Positions 29,159-39,456 are shown, numbered from the stretch's first letter. The stretch: DNA of 64,000 bases from an uncultured Dehalococcoidia bacterium (GCA_964587385.1 CAZPLA010000007.1:2916-66915), one strand, 5' to 3'. Made by a program: numbers and translations. Notes: generated by a model not told the origin, from the sequence alone.

Positions 29159-30373
29159 TTGGCTACTACTGTTGATATGCCCCAAATGGGATTTGATATG
29201 AAGGAGGGAACCGTTGCTAAATGGCGAAAGCAGGAAGGAGAACAAGTTTCTCGCGGAGAAGTGATAGCAGAGATCGAAACCGATAAAGCGGTAGTGGAGA
29301 TGGAAGCTTATGCTTCGGGTACCCTTAGAAAGATTATGGTGCATGAAAATAATGCTGTTCCCGTAGGGACGCTGATAGCGATTATAGCGGATCCAGATGA
29401 GGATATAAGCTCTTTAGAGACTTCTCAGCAGGCATTCACTACAGTTGAGGATAAACCTCTAACTAGTATGGAATCTTCGGCTGCAACTACTCAAGAATCG
29501 GCGTCTCAAGGAAGGGACTCTTCAACTTCAGTAATTAAGGCGAGTCCGATTGCTCGACGCTTGGCCAAGGAAATGAATGTTGATTTAACTTTGGTTAATG
29601 GAACAGGGCCAGGTGGGAGAATAACTGAAGCAGATGTAAAATCTTTTCAACCTGAATCACTTCGGCAAGATGATTCAACTATTAATGTTGACCAAAAAGA
29701 AATGCCTCTCTCCAAAATGCGACAGGCAATCGCTAATAAGACAATTAAGAGCACTCGTGAAGCTCCGCATTTTTATGTTACGTCTCAGGTTGATATGGGT
29801 AAGGCAATGGATTTTCGGAGGGAGCTCAATCCAACTCTTCCAGATGGTGTTCGTGTAAGTGTTAATGACTTGATAATTAAAGCCTGTGCATTGGCAATAT
29901 CAAAGTATCCAAACTTTAACGCGTCTTACAGAGGCGACAAACTATTATTGAATTCACGAGTAAACATTGGTATAGCAATAGCTCTTAGCGAAGGATTGAT
30001 AATAGCTGGTTTATCTGATTGTCAGGATAGAGATCTAGTCAACGTAGCAAAAGCTAGCAGGGATTTGATAGATAGAGCCAATGGGGGAACTCTTAAAGCT
30101 GAAGAATATGAGGGTGTGACGTTTGCAATTAGCAACCTTGGAATGTTCGATGTTGAAAGCTTTAGCGCGATAATCTATCCGCCTAATGCTGCAGTTGTAG
30201 CCATAGGTTCGGTGATAGAGCAACCAGCAGTCAAGGCAGGGGAGATAGTCGTAGCACGATTGATGAAAATGACCATATCATTGGACCATCGTGTAGTAGA
30301 TGGCGCAGAAGGCGCGAAGTTTCTTCAAGAAGTCAAACGTTTGCTTGAGAGCCCTAAATCTCTGATGGATTAA
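29159..30373 (+). CDS. pdhC: Dihydrolipoamide acyltransferase (E2) with a single lipoyl domain
   Basis: Lipoyl motif EIETDKAVVEMEA, a subunit-binding domain (ASPIARRLAKE) and the catalytic DHRVVDGA. TTG start after AGGAGG. Confidence 0.9.
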   Translation: MATTVDMPQMGFDMKEGTVAKWRKQEGEQVSRGEVIAEIETDKAVVEMEAYASGTLRKIMVHENNAVPVGTLIAIIADPDEDISSLETSQQAFTTVEDKPLTSMESSAATTQESASQGRDSSTSVIKASPIARRLAKEMNVDLTLVNGTGPGGRITEADVKSFQPESLRQDDSTINVDQKEMPLSKMRQAIANKTIKSTREAPHFYVTSQVDMGKAMDFRRELNPTLPDGVRVSVNDLIIKACALAISKYPNFNASYRGDKLLLNSRVNIGIAIALSEGLIIAGLSDCQDRDLVNVAKASRDLIDRANGGTLKAEEYEGVTFAISNLGMFDVESFSAIIYPPNAAVVAIGSVIEQPAVKAGEIVVARLMKMTISLDHRVVDGAEGAKFLQEVKRLLESPKSLMD

Positions 30374-30416
30374 TATATTTCAAATCCGCTTTAAAGAGAT
30401 TGTATCGATTTCTTGG

Positions 30417-30611
30417 CTATGGATCTGAGCAGTCACGAATATACCCGCAATTTTGGCAGATTAATTTACAGTGACTTTCCAGTACTGGGTGCCTACATAA
30501 GTCACAAACGTTGTTATCCTGATTAATCCGATCCATGCTAATAATCCTTAAGGTATATGAATGTTCTCCAATAGTGTATTGTACAGCACGTTGACGCTCT
30601 TTGAAGCCCAA
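30417..30611 (-). CDS. Small Cys-rich (zinc-ribbon-like) hypothetical protein
   Basis: CDLC...CKLICQNCGYIRDC. It may start at the internal Met (MDRINQ...). It is divergent from nuoA. Confidence 0.4.
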   Translation of the reverse strand: MGFKERQRAVQYTIGEHSYTLRIISMDRINQDNNVCDLCRHPVLESHCKLICQNCGYIRDCSDP

Positions 30612-30719
30612 TGTTATAGTCTACTGTGTACAGTTTCAATTAAGACCTAATTAACAAATTAGGCCTATACTTAGAGAGGCTGTACGTAAAATCATTTAAC
30701 TTCACCCTGCGGATGGGTT

Positions 30720-31088
30720 ATGCCCGAATCACTGGTTCAAAACTGGGCCGCGTTAGTATTGGCCGGGGTTGTCGCTCTGGTCGCTATCGGCATTATGTTT
30801 GCCGCTACGTTTCTTATTTCTTCAAAGCGGTTTTCTAAGATCAAAGAAACCCCTTATGAATGTGGAATCCCGCCAGAGCCATATGCCTTTTCGCAAATCA
30901 GCATTAGGTACTATATTTTCGCTATCCTGTTCCTTATATTTGATGTAGAAGCCGTGTTCTTATTTCCATGGGCATTAGTATTTGTAGGTAATAATGTAGC
31001 TTTTTACGCCATGATGGTATTCTTAGGAGTTCTATTTTTCGCGATACTATACGGTTGGAGAAAGGGGGTTTTGGAATGGAGGAAATGA
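30720..31088 (+). CDS. nuoA: NADH-quinone oxidoreductase subunit A
   Basis: 122 aa, 3 TM segments, ...PYECGIPP...FDVE..FLFPW. Confidence 0.9.
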   Translation: MPESLVQNWAALVLAGVVALVAIGIMFAATFLISSKRFSKIKETPYECGIPPEPYAFSQISIRYYIFAILFLIFDVEAVFLFPWALVFVGNNVAFYAMMVFLGVLFFAILYGWRKGVLEWRK

Positions 31089-31600
31089 CTGCAGGTTCTG
31101 GAAATAGGCCACCCCCTGGTCTGTTGAATAAAGCTTTGCCAGGAGTTATTACTGCTAGAACCGATCAATTATTCGCTATGGCTCGCAAATCCTCTCTTTG
31201 GGCTCTTACCTTTGGACTGGCTTGTTGTGCGATTGAGATGATGTCTACCTATATGGCTCATCACGACTTTGATCGATTTGGGGTTGTGACCTGGCCATCC
31301 CCTCGTCAGTCAGATGTCATGATAGTCGCGGGAACGGTAGTTAAGAAAATGGCAGATCCAATACGTCTTCTTTATGAGCAGATGCCAGAACCCAAATGGG
31401 TAATTGCTATGGGTAGTTGCGCCACAAATGGTGGGCCTTATTATCGTTCATATTCTGTAGTCATGGGAGTGGACCACGTTGTTCCGGTAGACGTTTATGT
31501 ACCTGGATGCCCTCCTAGGCCCGAAGCTTTAATGCACGGAATCCTTAGCCTACAGGAAAAGATTATGCAGGATTCTAAAGATGGAAACAGCGGCTCCTAA
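31076..31600 (+). CDS. nuoB: NADH-quinone oxidoreductase subunit B
   Basis: N2-cluster motifs [18 protein letters not shown] and GCPPRPE. The ATG at 31076 follows the SD AAGGGGG. The ORF track starts at a TTG at 31055. Confidence 0.92.
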   Translation: MEEMTAGSGNRPPPGLLNKALPGVITARTDQLFAMARKSSLWALTFGLACCAIEMMSTYMAHHDFDRFGVVTWPSPRQSDVMIVAGTVVKKMADPIRLLYEQMPEPKWVIAMGSCATNGGPYYRSYSVVMGVDHVVPVDVYVPGCPPRPEALMHGILSLQEKIMQDSKDGNSGS

Positions 31601-32099
31601 TAATCAAGGTAAACCCCAAGAACAGGCCGAGGTCTTCTCTGAAGAAGCTCATGGCTTCTTTGCACTTTTAGTTAAGGTGTTGGGCGGTCGCCGTTTCCAA
31701 CGTGGTCTTTTATATGACAGGCTACAGATTTCTGTGGAACCAAAAGATCTTGAAGATATATGTAGGCTTTTGAAAGAAGACCCTAGGACTAATTTTAAAA
31801 TTCTTTTATGTATCGCTGCCGTTGATTATGTAGATTATATTCAAATGGTGTATGTGCTTCTCTCCCCTGAACATGAAAGAACTTTGGGGGTAAAGATAGA
31901 TTTATCTTATGAAGACCTAACAGTGTCTTCTTTATCAGGAATTTGGCGTGCTGCCGATTGGTATGAACGAGAAGCACATGATCTTTTTGGAGTGGACTTC
32001 AGGGGGCATCCCGATTTATCCCCGCTACTTTTATATGAAGGATTTGAGGGATTCCCGGGACGCAAGGAATTTCCTTTCCATGAATATGATGAATATTAG
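31581..32099 (+). CDS. nuoC: NADH-quinone oxidoreductase subunit C
   Basis: ...[22 protein letters not shown]... is typical of NuoC. Confidence 0.9.
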   Translation: METAAPNNQGKPQEQAEVFSEEAHGFFALLVKVLGGRRFQRGLLYDRLQISVEPKDLEDICRLLKEDPRTNFKILLCIAAVDYVDYIQMVYVLLSPEHERTLGVKIDLSYEDLTVSSLSGIWRAADWYEREAHDLFGVDFRGHPDLSPLLLYEGFEGFPGRKEFPFHEYDEY

Positions 32100-32346
32100 T
32101 CTAAAATCCATAATCCTGGAAGCTCAAGTTTCTAAATTGGGAGAGGGGTACTTAGCTATGGTGCCTAATCTTCCCCTTTCTTCTATGGGTAACACTAAAA
32201 AGATTGCCCAGGATCAACTTGCAATTGAGTTTAAAAAGTGGGCTTTCAATTGTGAGGAAAGCGGGATCCTTGATAGTATTATGGCATCAGCGGGACATGG
32301 GGTTTTAGATGAAGACACAGAAATATGCTTAACATTCTCCGAATAG
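32080..32346 (+). CDS. Small HicB-fold/UPF0150-like protein encoded between nuoC and nuoD
   Basis: An 88-aa ORF. The ATG at 32080 lies 10 nt after AAGGAA and overlaps the nuoC end. GEGYLAMVPNLPLSSMGNTKKIAQDQLAIEFKKW resembles the HicB N-domain pattern (GGYxAxVPELPG..tqGdTxEEAxxnl). The ORF-track version 31948..32346 mostly overlaps nuoC. Confidence 0.55.
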   Translation: MNMMNISLKSIILEAQVSKLGEGYLAMVPNLPLSSMGNTKKIAQDQLAIEFKKWAFNCEESGILDSIMASAGHGVLDEDTEICLTFSE

Positions 32347-32361
32347 AGGTATTAATTTAGA

Positions 32362-33492
32362 GTGAGCAATCACATGGATCAGATCGATATAGAGCATACT
32401 CAAAGCGTTGACATGATGCTTAATATGGGACCCCAACACCCATCTACGCACGGTGTTTTTAGGATGTTGCTTAGAATTGATGGCGAGGTTGTGGTTGACG
32501 CTGAACCGCATGTTGGCTACCTCCATAGAGGCTCTGAGAAGTTGTGTGAAGGTGAGCAATATCATCAAGTAGTAACCCTATTCGATAGATTAGACTATAT
32601 TTCTAATTTCAATAACGAATGGGTTTTTTGTAGAGCGGTTGAGAAACTTATGGGTGTAGAAGTGCCACAGAGGGCAGAGTACATCAGGGTTATTTTGGCT
32701 GAACTGAATAGAATTGCTAGCCATCTTCTCTTTCTAGGAACCTTTGGATTAGATGCTGGAGCCATGACACCAGTAATGTTTGCCTTTAGAGCTAGAGAAC
32801 GCATTCAAGGATTTTTTGAAGCAGTTTCTGGAGCTCGAATGATGCACAACTATTTTCATATTGGAGGAGTCAAAGAAGACGTTCCTGATAATTTTAATGA
32901 CTTGTTATCGAGTCTACTTGTAGACCTTCAAAAAGATGTTGAAGAATGTGACCGATTATTAAGTTTTAATGAGGTTTTTGTTGCTCGGACTAAAGGAGTT
33001 GGGGAAATAGATTTAGAGACCGCGTTAGATTATGGCTGGACCGGTCCATCTCTTAGGGCTTGTGGGTTAAAGTATGATGTCCGTAAAGCCGAACCATATT
33101 CAATTTATGATTTGTTTGAATTTGAAGTACCTGTTGCGAGAGATGGTGACTGTTGGGATCGATATTATGTGCGTGTTTTGGAGATGTACGAATCCCTAAG
33201 CATAATTGAACAAGCTTTTAGTGGTATTCCTGATGGCCCTGTAATGGCATTAGGGAGGCGGCTCATACGCCCTCCCAAAGGTGATGTTTACGTGCGAGCT
33301 GAAAATCCCAGGGGGGAAATTGGAGTTTATCTTGTTAGTGATGGGACTGATAAGCCGTATAGAGTAAAAGTTAGGCCACCATCTTTTTGTAGTTTGAGCG
33401 CTTTAAGACATCTTGTAAGAGACACGTATGTAGCAGATGCAGTCGTGATACTTGGCTCTCTCGACATTGTTTTGGGAGAGGTCGACAGATGA
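32362..33492 (+). CDS. nuoD: NADH-quinone oxidoreductase subunit D
   Basis: MLNMGPQHPSTHGVFR...HRGSEKL... and C-terminal LGEVDR. Confidence 0.95.
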   Translation: MSNHMDQIDIEHTQSVDMMLNMGPQHPSTHGVFRMLLRIDGEVVVDAEPHVGYLHRGSEKLCEGEQYHQVVTLFDRLDYISNFNNEWVFCRAVEKLMGVEVPQRAEYIRVILAELNRIASHLLFLGTFGLDAGAMTPVMFAFRARERIQGFFEAVSGARMMHNYFHIGGVKEDVPDNFNDLLSSLLVDLQKDVEECDRLLSFNEVFVARTKGVGEIDLETALDYGWTGPSLRACGLKYDVRKAEPYSIYDLFEFEVPVARDGDCWDRYYVRVLEMYESLSIIEQAFSGIPDGPVMALGRRLIRPPKGDVYVRAENPRGEIGVYLVSDGTDKPYRVKVRPPSFCSLSALRHLVRDTYVADAVVILGSLDIVLGEVDR

Positions 33493-34652
33493 GTCTTTCA
33501 GCTATATTGATGATGGCAATGTGGCTGCTAAGCCTGTTTACAATTTTATCCATTGTTGTGCTCTCTTTGATTTGGATTGAAAGGAAATTTCTTGGCAGAC
33601 TCCAACGTCGATTAGGCCCAACACGTACGGGCCCTTTCGGTCTTTTGCAACCAGTAGCAGATGCTGTGAAGTTGGTTCTTAAGGAAGACCTGTTACCTTC
33701 ATGGTCAGATAAAGCTATATTTTGGGTTGCTCCTCTATTGGTTCTTGTTCCATCATTCATGATCTGGGTAACGATTCCGGCTACTGAGAATCTTGTTGTA
33801 CAGAACTTGGAGATGGGTCTCTTCGTTATAGTTGCCCTTTTGATTTTATCCATACTTGGGATTCTGCTTGCTGGATGGGGGTCTGCTAATAAGTATGGAG
33901 CTTTAGGAGGGCTAAGAGCAGCGGCCCAATTAGTAAGCTATGAAGTACCGCTTGTAATGGTAGTAATATCTATAGCTATTCTTGTTCAGTCAATGGATCT
34001 AAGGATTATTGTAGCTAGCCAAATTCCATTAGAGACAGCTCAATCAATTTTGGGTGAAGCTAACCAGAGTAACGCTGTATTTAATCATATAGGTGTTCCA
34101 TTAGTGCTGATTTTCCCTTTGGGTTTAGTTCTTTTTCTTATTGCAGGATTAGCAGAGGTTGGGCGTATACCATTTGACATATATTTTGCGGAATCGGAGA
34201 TAGTAGGAGGCCCTTTCGTGGAATATAGTGGTGCCCATTGGGCGGTATTTTTCCTTGCTGAATATATTAATACATTTGTTGTAGCAGCATTAGTAGCCCT
34301 TTTATTCCTAGCTGGTTGGCATGGTCCATTATTGCCTCCATTGGCATGGTTTCTTATTAAAACATACTCTGTAATTATGGTAATTTACTGGATAAGGGGA
34401 ACTTTCCCGAGGCTAAGGATTGATCAGCTGATGGCTTTTGGATGGAAGGCCATGATACCCTTATCTTTCGTTGGAGTAGTTATCACTAGTCTATATCGGT
34501 TTTATGACTGGCCGGATTGGTCTTTATCTTTGATGTCTCTCATAACTTTAGCTGTGGTAGGATACTGGTTGTACCTAAAATTTACTCGACCGGTTATTAA
34601 ATTGGCCAGATCCTATGGGCGTGAACCTAGGAGGATTCGTAGTGCTAGGTAG
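33489..34652 (+). CDS. nuoH: NADH-quinone oxidoreductase subunit H
   Basis: ERKFLGRLQRRLGPTRTGPFGLLQP..D and an ATGA overlap with nuoD. Confidence 0.95.
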   Translation: MSLSAILMMAMWLLSLFTILSIVVLSLIWIERKFLGRLQRRLGPTRTGPFGLLQPVADAVKLVLKEDLLPSWSDKAIFWVAPLLVLVPSFMIWVTIPATENLVVQNLEMGLFVIVALLILSILGILLAGWGSANKYGALGGLRAAAQLVSYEVPLVMVVISIAILVQSMDLRIIVASQIPLETAQSILGEANQSNAVFNHIGVPLVLIFPLGLVLFLIAGLAEVGRIPFDIYFAESEIVGGPFVEYSGAHWAVFFLAEYINTFVVAALVALLFLAGWHGPLLPPLAWFLIKTYSVIMVIYWIRGTFPRLRIDQLMAFGWKAMIPLSFVGVVITSLYRFYDWPDWSLSLMSLITLAVVGYWLYLKFTRPVIKLARSYGREPRRIRSAR

Positions 34653-35154
34653 TATTAAAGGAATGCTAGTAACTTTGGTTTCTACTTTTAGAAAACCTGT
34701 AACCAATCAATATCCAAACAAGCCTCGTCAGGTGGAGCCACGGTTCATGGGATTTCCTGCTCTTACTTGGGATGAGTCCGTGGGGGAGCCATACTGTACT
34801 GCCTGTATGGTTTGTATTCGTAATTGCCCCACCTTATGTATGACTGCCACTATGAAAGACAATCCTTTGCATAAGGAAGAAAAAAGCAGTCGTCGCAAAA
34901 TAGTAGATGAGTTTGAGATTAATCTTAATCGATGTATTTTGTGCGGAATATGTGTAGAGGTATGTAATTTTGATGCCATTGTTATGAGTCATGAACATGA
35001 ACTTAGTGTTTATGAGCGTAATGGAGATAGAGTCGCTTTAGAGGGGCTTTTAGAATTGGGGATGACTTATCAAAAAGAAACCGATTGGATTCCTCCATCG
35101 GTATTGAAAAAGGCCTTGAAGGAGAATTCGGCCGCAGAGAAGGCTGCTGATTAA
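34642..35154 (+). CDS. nuoI: NADH-quinone oxidoreductase subunit I
   Basis: Two 4Fe-4S motifs (CTACMVCIRNCP, CILCGICVEVCN). The GTG at 34642 lies 6 nt after a strong SD AGGAGGA (34629-34635) and gives an N-terminus of typical length (..FRKPVTNQYP). The ORF track starts at an ATG at 34615. Confidence 0.92.
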   Translation: MLGSIKGMLVTLVSTFRKPVTNQYPNKPRQVEPRFMGFPALTWDESVGEPYCTACMVCIRNCPTLCMTATMKDNPLHKEEKSSRRKIVDEFEINLNRCILCGICVEVCNFDAIVMSHEHELSVYERNGDRVALEGLLELGMTYQKETDWIPPSVLKKALKENSAAEKAAD

Positions 35155-35156
35155 AG

Positions 35157-35642
35157 ATGTCCTGGTTCTTGTTTATTTTGCTTTCAGTTATGGCTATAGG
35201 TGGTGGCCTAGGAGTCGTGGCTACTCGTAATGTTGTTCATGCGTGCCTTTTTCTTCTGTTTTCGTTGTTGGCTGTAGCTGGACTGTATGTTGTATTGCTG
35301 ACAGAATTCTTGGCGTTAGTACAGATTTTTATTTATGGCGGTGCCATAATTATTGTTCTCCTCTTCGCTATAATGCTGACTAGATCTAAGGAATATCCTT
35401 CTATATCAGATAATTCTCAATGGCCATTAGCTCTCGTCTCCGGGTTGGCTCTTTTTAGTTTGCTAACAGCAACATTTGTTGTTAATAGTAGTTCTTTTGA
35501 AGAGATGCATAGGGTGGCTTTGACTGACTTGGGAACGACTTTGTTTACTGATTGGGCCCTACCTTTTGAAATTGCCTCTCTTGTTCTTTTGTTAGCATTA
35601 ATTGGATCGATTGTTATAGCTAAGGTTGAAAGGAGAAGATAG
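35157..35642 (+). CDS. nuoJ: NADH-quinone oxidoreductase subunit J
   Basis: 161-aa, 5-TM protein in the conserved operon position, with a VQIFIYGGAI motif. Confidence 0.9.
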   Translation: MSWFLFILLSVMAIGGGLGVVATRNVVHACLFLLFSLLAVAGLYVVLLTEFLALVQIFIYGGAIIIVLLFAIMLTRSKEYPSISDNSQWPLALVSGLALFSLLTATFVVNSSSFEEMHRVALTDLGTTLFTDWALPFEIASLVLLLALIGSIVIAKVERRR

Positions 35643-35950
35643 TGGTTACACTTATGCACTTCCAGATTGTGAGCGCCGCATTATTTTCAGTTGGGCTTTA
35701 TGGCGTTCTTGCACGAAGAAGTGCGGTTTTAATATTGATGTCCATTGAGTTAATGCTTAATGCGGTAAATCTTAATTTAATTGCAATAGCTTCTTTCACA
35801 GACCCAGAACGTTTTGCTGGCTTTATTATTGCCATTTTCGTCATAACTGTTGGGGCAGCTGAAGTGGGATTGGCACTTGCCATTGTTTTGAGAATGTTTA
35901 GAAATCGGGCTACGGTCAATATTGATGAAATAGAGCTAATGAAATGGTGA
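35642..35950 (+). CDS. nuoK: NADH-quinone oxidoreductase subunit K
   Basis: 102 aa, 3 TM segments, SIELMLNAVNLN and AAEVGLALAIV. The GTG overlaps the nuoJ stop and follows the SD AGGAG. Confidence 0.92.
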   Translation: MVTLMHFQIVSAALFSVGLYGVLARRSAVLILMSIELMLNAVNLNLIAIASFTDPERFAGFIIAIFVITVGAAEVGLALAIVLRMFRNRATVNIDEIELMKW

Positions 35951-36033
35951 TAGATTCGTGAAACCTCTTTTTGTAATTCGATATGTTGAAATGCAAGATA
36001 AAATTATACTTGAAATAGGAAAGGCCTAAGGTA

Positions 36034-37929
36034 ATGATAGGAATGGAGTACGCCTGGCTTATTCCAGTATTAAGCTTTGTGGCATTCCCGTTAATTCTTT
36101 TGCTAGGCAAGTTTCTTCCTGGCAAGGGTTCTTCAATATCAATTGGAGCTATCGGGGCTGGATTCATTTTATTCTTGTTTGTAATGGTAGATCGTTTATC
36201 TAATGGAGCAACTGAGCAAGCTTTCTTTAAGATTGATTGGTTCACTGTTGGAAGTGTGGAGCTTACCTGGGGGTTCATAATAGATCCGCTAAGTGTAAGC
36301 ATTCTTGGGTTAGTGACATTTGTTGCATTGATGGTGCAGATTTATTCCCTTTCTTATATGAAGGATGATCCTCGTTTCAATTGGTACTTCGGGATCCAGG
36401 CTTTCTTTGCTGGCTCAATGCTGACTTTAGTTTTGGCAGATAATTTCTTATTGCTTTATATCGCTTGGGAATTGGTTGGTTTGTGTTCGTACTTGCTTAT
36501 AGGATTTTGGTATGAACGGAAGCCTGCAGTGGAAGCTGCAAAAAAGGCTTTTATAACAACTCGTTTGGCTGATGTTGCTTTGTTAGTAGGAATACTCCTT
36601 TTGTATAAGCAGGTTGGCAGTTTCAGTATGTCCGAGACATTTGAACAAGCAGAATTACTTATGGCGGGAGCTAACAGCGCTCTAAGCAGTGGGACTACTT
36701 TAATTGCTGCCCTACTACTTTTTGTTGGTGCTATGGGTAAATCGGCGCAGGTTCCATTACATGTATGGCTGCCTGATGCGATGGAGGGTCCTACTCCGGT
36801 TAGTGCTCTGATTCATGCGGCGACAATGGTAGCAGCCGGAATTTTCTTGGTGGCTAGAACATTCGTGATATTTGAAGCTGCCCCTGACTCTCTTCTGATA
36901 GTAGCAATTGTAGGTCTTTTGACTACTTTGATGGCGGCTTCTATGGCACTTGTTATGACTGATCTCAAGCAAATATTAGCTTACTCCACCATAAGTCATT
37001 TGGGACTTATGATGCTTTCTTTGGGTTCATTTGGATATACGGCTGCCATATTTCATCTTATGACACATGGATTTTCAAAGGCTCTTCTGTTTTTGGCTGC
37101 CGGAAGTGTTATGCATGGAATTGGACGGACAGACATACGACAAATGGGTGGACTGATCAAGGTTATGCCTCTTACCGCGTTAGCTTTTGGGATTGGAGCA
37201 GTGTCTCTTGGGGGAATACCCATCTTCGCAGGATTCTGGAGCAAGGATGAGATATTGTTATCTGTATTGGATCATAGGCATCCAATATTTATGATATTAG
37301 TTCTTGTGGCAGTATTCATGAGTGCCCTCTACATGGCTAGGGCTTTCTTTGTAGCTTTCATGGGTGAGATTAGTGATGAAAATCGAAAAGGACATGAGGC
37401 TCCAGTCTTTATGGCAATACCTATGATTTTACTGGCCATTTTGGCAGTCACATCTGGACTACTTGCTTTGGAATGGACAGACTCCTTCCGAGGAATAGGA
37501 TCTTTTATTTTTGCTCATGAAGGGCATGGGTTTGAATTCAACTTAATGCTAGGGTTGGGTTCTACAATTTTGGCAACATCTGCATTCATTATAGCGTGGT
37601 TAATTTATGTGAAAGGGAGTATATCTATTAGTCCCTTTAAGCGAACCTTTGCTCCTATTATTAGCATAGCTGAGAGGAAGTATTATCTGGATTCTGCATA
37701 TCAAGGCTTTATAGATCGAGTTGTATTGGTGTTTAGTTCCCTAGTAGCTAAATTTGATAGAGTTTTCGTAAATGATTTCGCAGTCAATGGGGTTGCGGAA
37801 TCGGTAAAGCGGTCTGCTTTTACTTTGAGGCATCATGTTACGGGGCTTATCTATAACTATGCTTTTGTCATGGTTGTTGGAGCTATTGTTTTAGTAGCCG
37901 CCTGGTGGGCTATAGCGGTGAAGGGTTAA
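36034..37929 (+). CDS. nuoL: NADH-quinone oxidoreductase subunit L
   Basis: 631-aa antiporter-like subunit with GKSAQVPLHVWLPDAMEGPTPVSALIHAATMV. Confidence 0.95.
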   Translation: MIGMEYAWLIPVLSFVAFPLILLLGKFLPGKGSSISIGAIGAGFILFLFVMVDRLSNGATEQAFFKIDWFTVGSVELTWGFIIDPLSVSILGLVTFVALMVQIYSLSYMKDDPRFNWYFGIQAFFAGSMLTLVLADNFLLLYIAWELVGLCSYLLIGFWYERKPAVEAAKKAFITTRLADVALLVGILLLYKQVGSFSMSETFEQAELLMAGANSALSSGTTLIAALLLFVGAMGKSAQVPLHVWLPDAMEGPTPVSALIHAATMVAAGIFLVARTFVIFEAAPDSLLIVAIVGLLTTLMAASMALVMTDLKQILAYSTISHLGLMMLSLGSFGYTAAIFHLMTHGFSKALLFLAAGSVMHGIGRTDIRQMGGLIKVMPLTALAFGIGAVSLGGIPIFAGFWSKDEILLSVLDHRHPIFMILVLVAVFMSALYMARAFFVAFMGEISDENRKGHEAPVFMAIPMILLAILAVTSGLLALEWTDSFRGIGSFIFAHEGHGFEFNLMLGLGSTILATSAFIIAWLIYVKGSISISPFKRTFAPIISIAERKYYLDSAYQGFIDRVVLVFSSLVAKFDRVFVNDFAVNGVAESVKRSAFTLRHHVTGLIYNYAFVMVVGAIVLVAAWWAIAVKG

Positions 37930-37932
37930 TTA

Positions 37933-39456
37933 ATGGAAGACATTAAAGTTATAGCTTTGTTGCTAACGATTTTCTTGCCAGCAGGGGCTGGAACATTACT
38001 AATTTTCTTTCCCAAAAATTGGGGCTCACAGATAAAATGGTTCTCTGCTGTAATATCCGGTATTACCCTAGCCATCACTTTATATATATTTTCTGTCTAT
38101 GACTATGAGAAAGGTGGATTCCAATTTGAAGGCTCCTATAATTGGTTAACTCAACCCATCAACATTAACTTTAGCCTTGGCATAGATGGAATTTCAACAG
38201 CTATGTTATTGCTTACTGGGATAGTTATGTTTTCGGGTGTCCTTTTAACATGGAATTTAGAACGCAGGGTTAAGGAATTCTTCATCCTTTTCATGTTCTT
38301 GTTGTCCGGGGTTTTCGGAGTATTTGCGGTTCGTGATTTATTCTTTCTCTTCTTTTTCTATGAGCTAGCAGTTTTGCCTATGTATCCATTAATTGGTATT
38401 TGGGGAAGCAGCAGCGATTTTGGAACCTTCCTTCGAACTAAAGAATATGGCGCTATGAAGTTGGTTCTATATCTGGTTGGAGGCAGTGTTCTGGTTTGGA
38501 TAGGCATCATAGGCGTTTATGCGGCTTCGAGCGATTTTGGGACACCAACCTTTTCCTTGGAAACACTAAGTGTTATTTCCGAACAAGGTGCGTTTAGTCA
38601 TGACTTCCAGCTGTTTTTCTTTCCTCTATTTATGATCGGATTTGGGATTCTCGCTGGGTTGTGGCCATTTCATACGTGGTCCCCAGATGGGCATGTCGCT
38701 GCACCAACTTCTGTAAGTATGGTTCATGCCGGTGTGTTAATGAAATTGGGTGCGTACGGAATAATTCGAGTAGGGATGACAATTCTTCCTGAAGGAGCTC
38801 AAGACTGGATGCCAGCTCTCATAGTGTTTGGAACTATCAATGTGATATATGGGGCTGTGGCAGCGATGTCACAACGCGACCTGAAATATGTTGTGGGTTA
38901 TTCTAGCGTCAGTCATATGGGGATTGTCCTTATGGGAATTGCGACGTTGAATCCTATGGGGATGGGTGGTGCGGTACTGCAGATGTTTTCTCATGGCATA
39001 ATGACTGCGCTTTTCTTCGGAGTAGTGGGGATAATATATGAAAGGACCCATACTCGAGATATTACTGTTCTTGGCGGGTTGGCAAAAAAAATGGGTATAA
39101 CGGTTTCCTTTTTTGCTATCGCTGGAATGGCCTCCTTAGGATTGCCAGGTTTGAGCGGTTTCATTGCGGAAGTCTTGGTATTCGTTGGAGTATTCCAAGA
39201 ATACGTACCCCTAGCCATTCTAGGAATAATTGGAGCCTTGCTTACTGCTGTCTATATTTTGCGTCTTTTGTCTCGTGCCTTCTTCGGTCCGCTAGACCCC
39301 AAATGGGAAGATCTTAAAGACGCAACCCCTCGAGAAATGGGAGCCACGTCTTTACTGGTGTTTGTGCTTATTTTTGTAGGGCTTTGGCCGGCACCTTTGA
39401 TGAATGTTATCAATAGCGGTGTATCTGATTTATTAAGTAGGTTTGTAGGATTATGA
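37933..39456 (+). CDS. nuoM: NADH-quinone oxidoreductase subunit M
   Basis: 507-aa antiporter-like subunit with FHTWSPDGHVAAPTSVSMVHAGVLMKLG. Confidence 0.95.
   Translation: MEDIKVIALLLTIFLPAGAGTLLIFFPKNWGSQIKWFSAVISGITLAITLYIFSVYDYEKGGFQFEGSYNWLTQPININFSLGIDGISTAMLLLTGIVMFSGVLLTWNLERRVKEFFILFMFLLSGVFGVFAVRDLFFLFFFYELAVLPMYPLIGIWGSSSDFGTFLRTKEYGAMKLVLYLVGGSVLVWIGIIGVYAASSDFGTPTFSLETLSVISEQGAFSHDFQLFFFPLFMIGFGILAGLWPFHTWSPDGHVAAPTSVSMVHAGVLMKLGAYGIIRVGMTILPEGAQDWMPALIVFGTINVIYGAVAAMSQRDLKYVVGYSSVSHMGIVLMGIATLNPMGMGGAVLQMFSHGIMTALFFGVVGIIYERTHTRDITVLGGLAKKMGITVSFFAIAGMASLGLPGLSGFIAEVLVFVGVFQEYVPLAILGIIGALLTAVYILRLLSRAFFGPLDPKWEDLKDATPREMGATSLLVFVLIFVGLWPAPLMNVINSGVSDLLSRFVGL

Noticed and set aside
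31948-32346. 132-aa version of the ORF between nuoC and nuoD
   Set aside because: Its first 44 codons are an out-of-frame reading of the well-supported nuoC 3' region. Only the part from the ATG at 32080 is considered.
35916-36302. 128-aa minus-strand ORF spanning the nuoK-nuoL gap
   Set aside because: It is antisense to the nuoL 5' region and has no independent support. The 83-nt gap shows no convincing promoter either.
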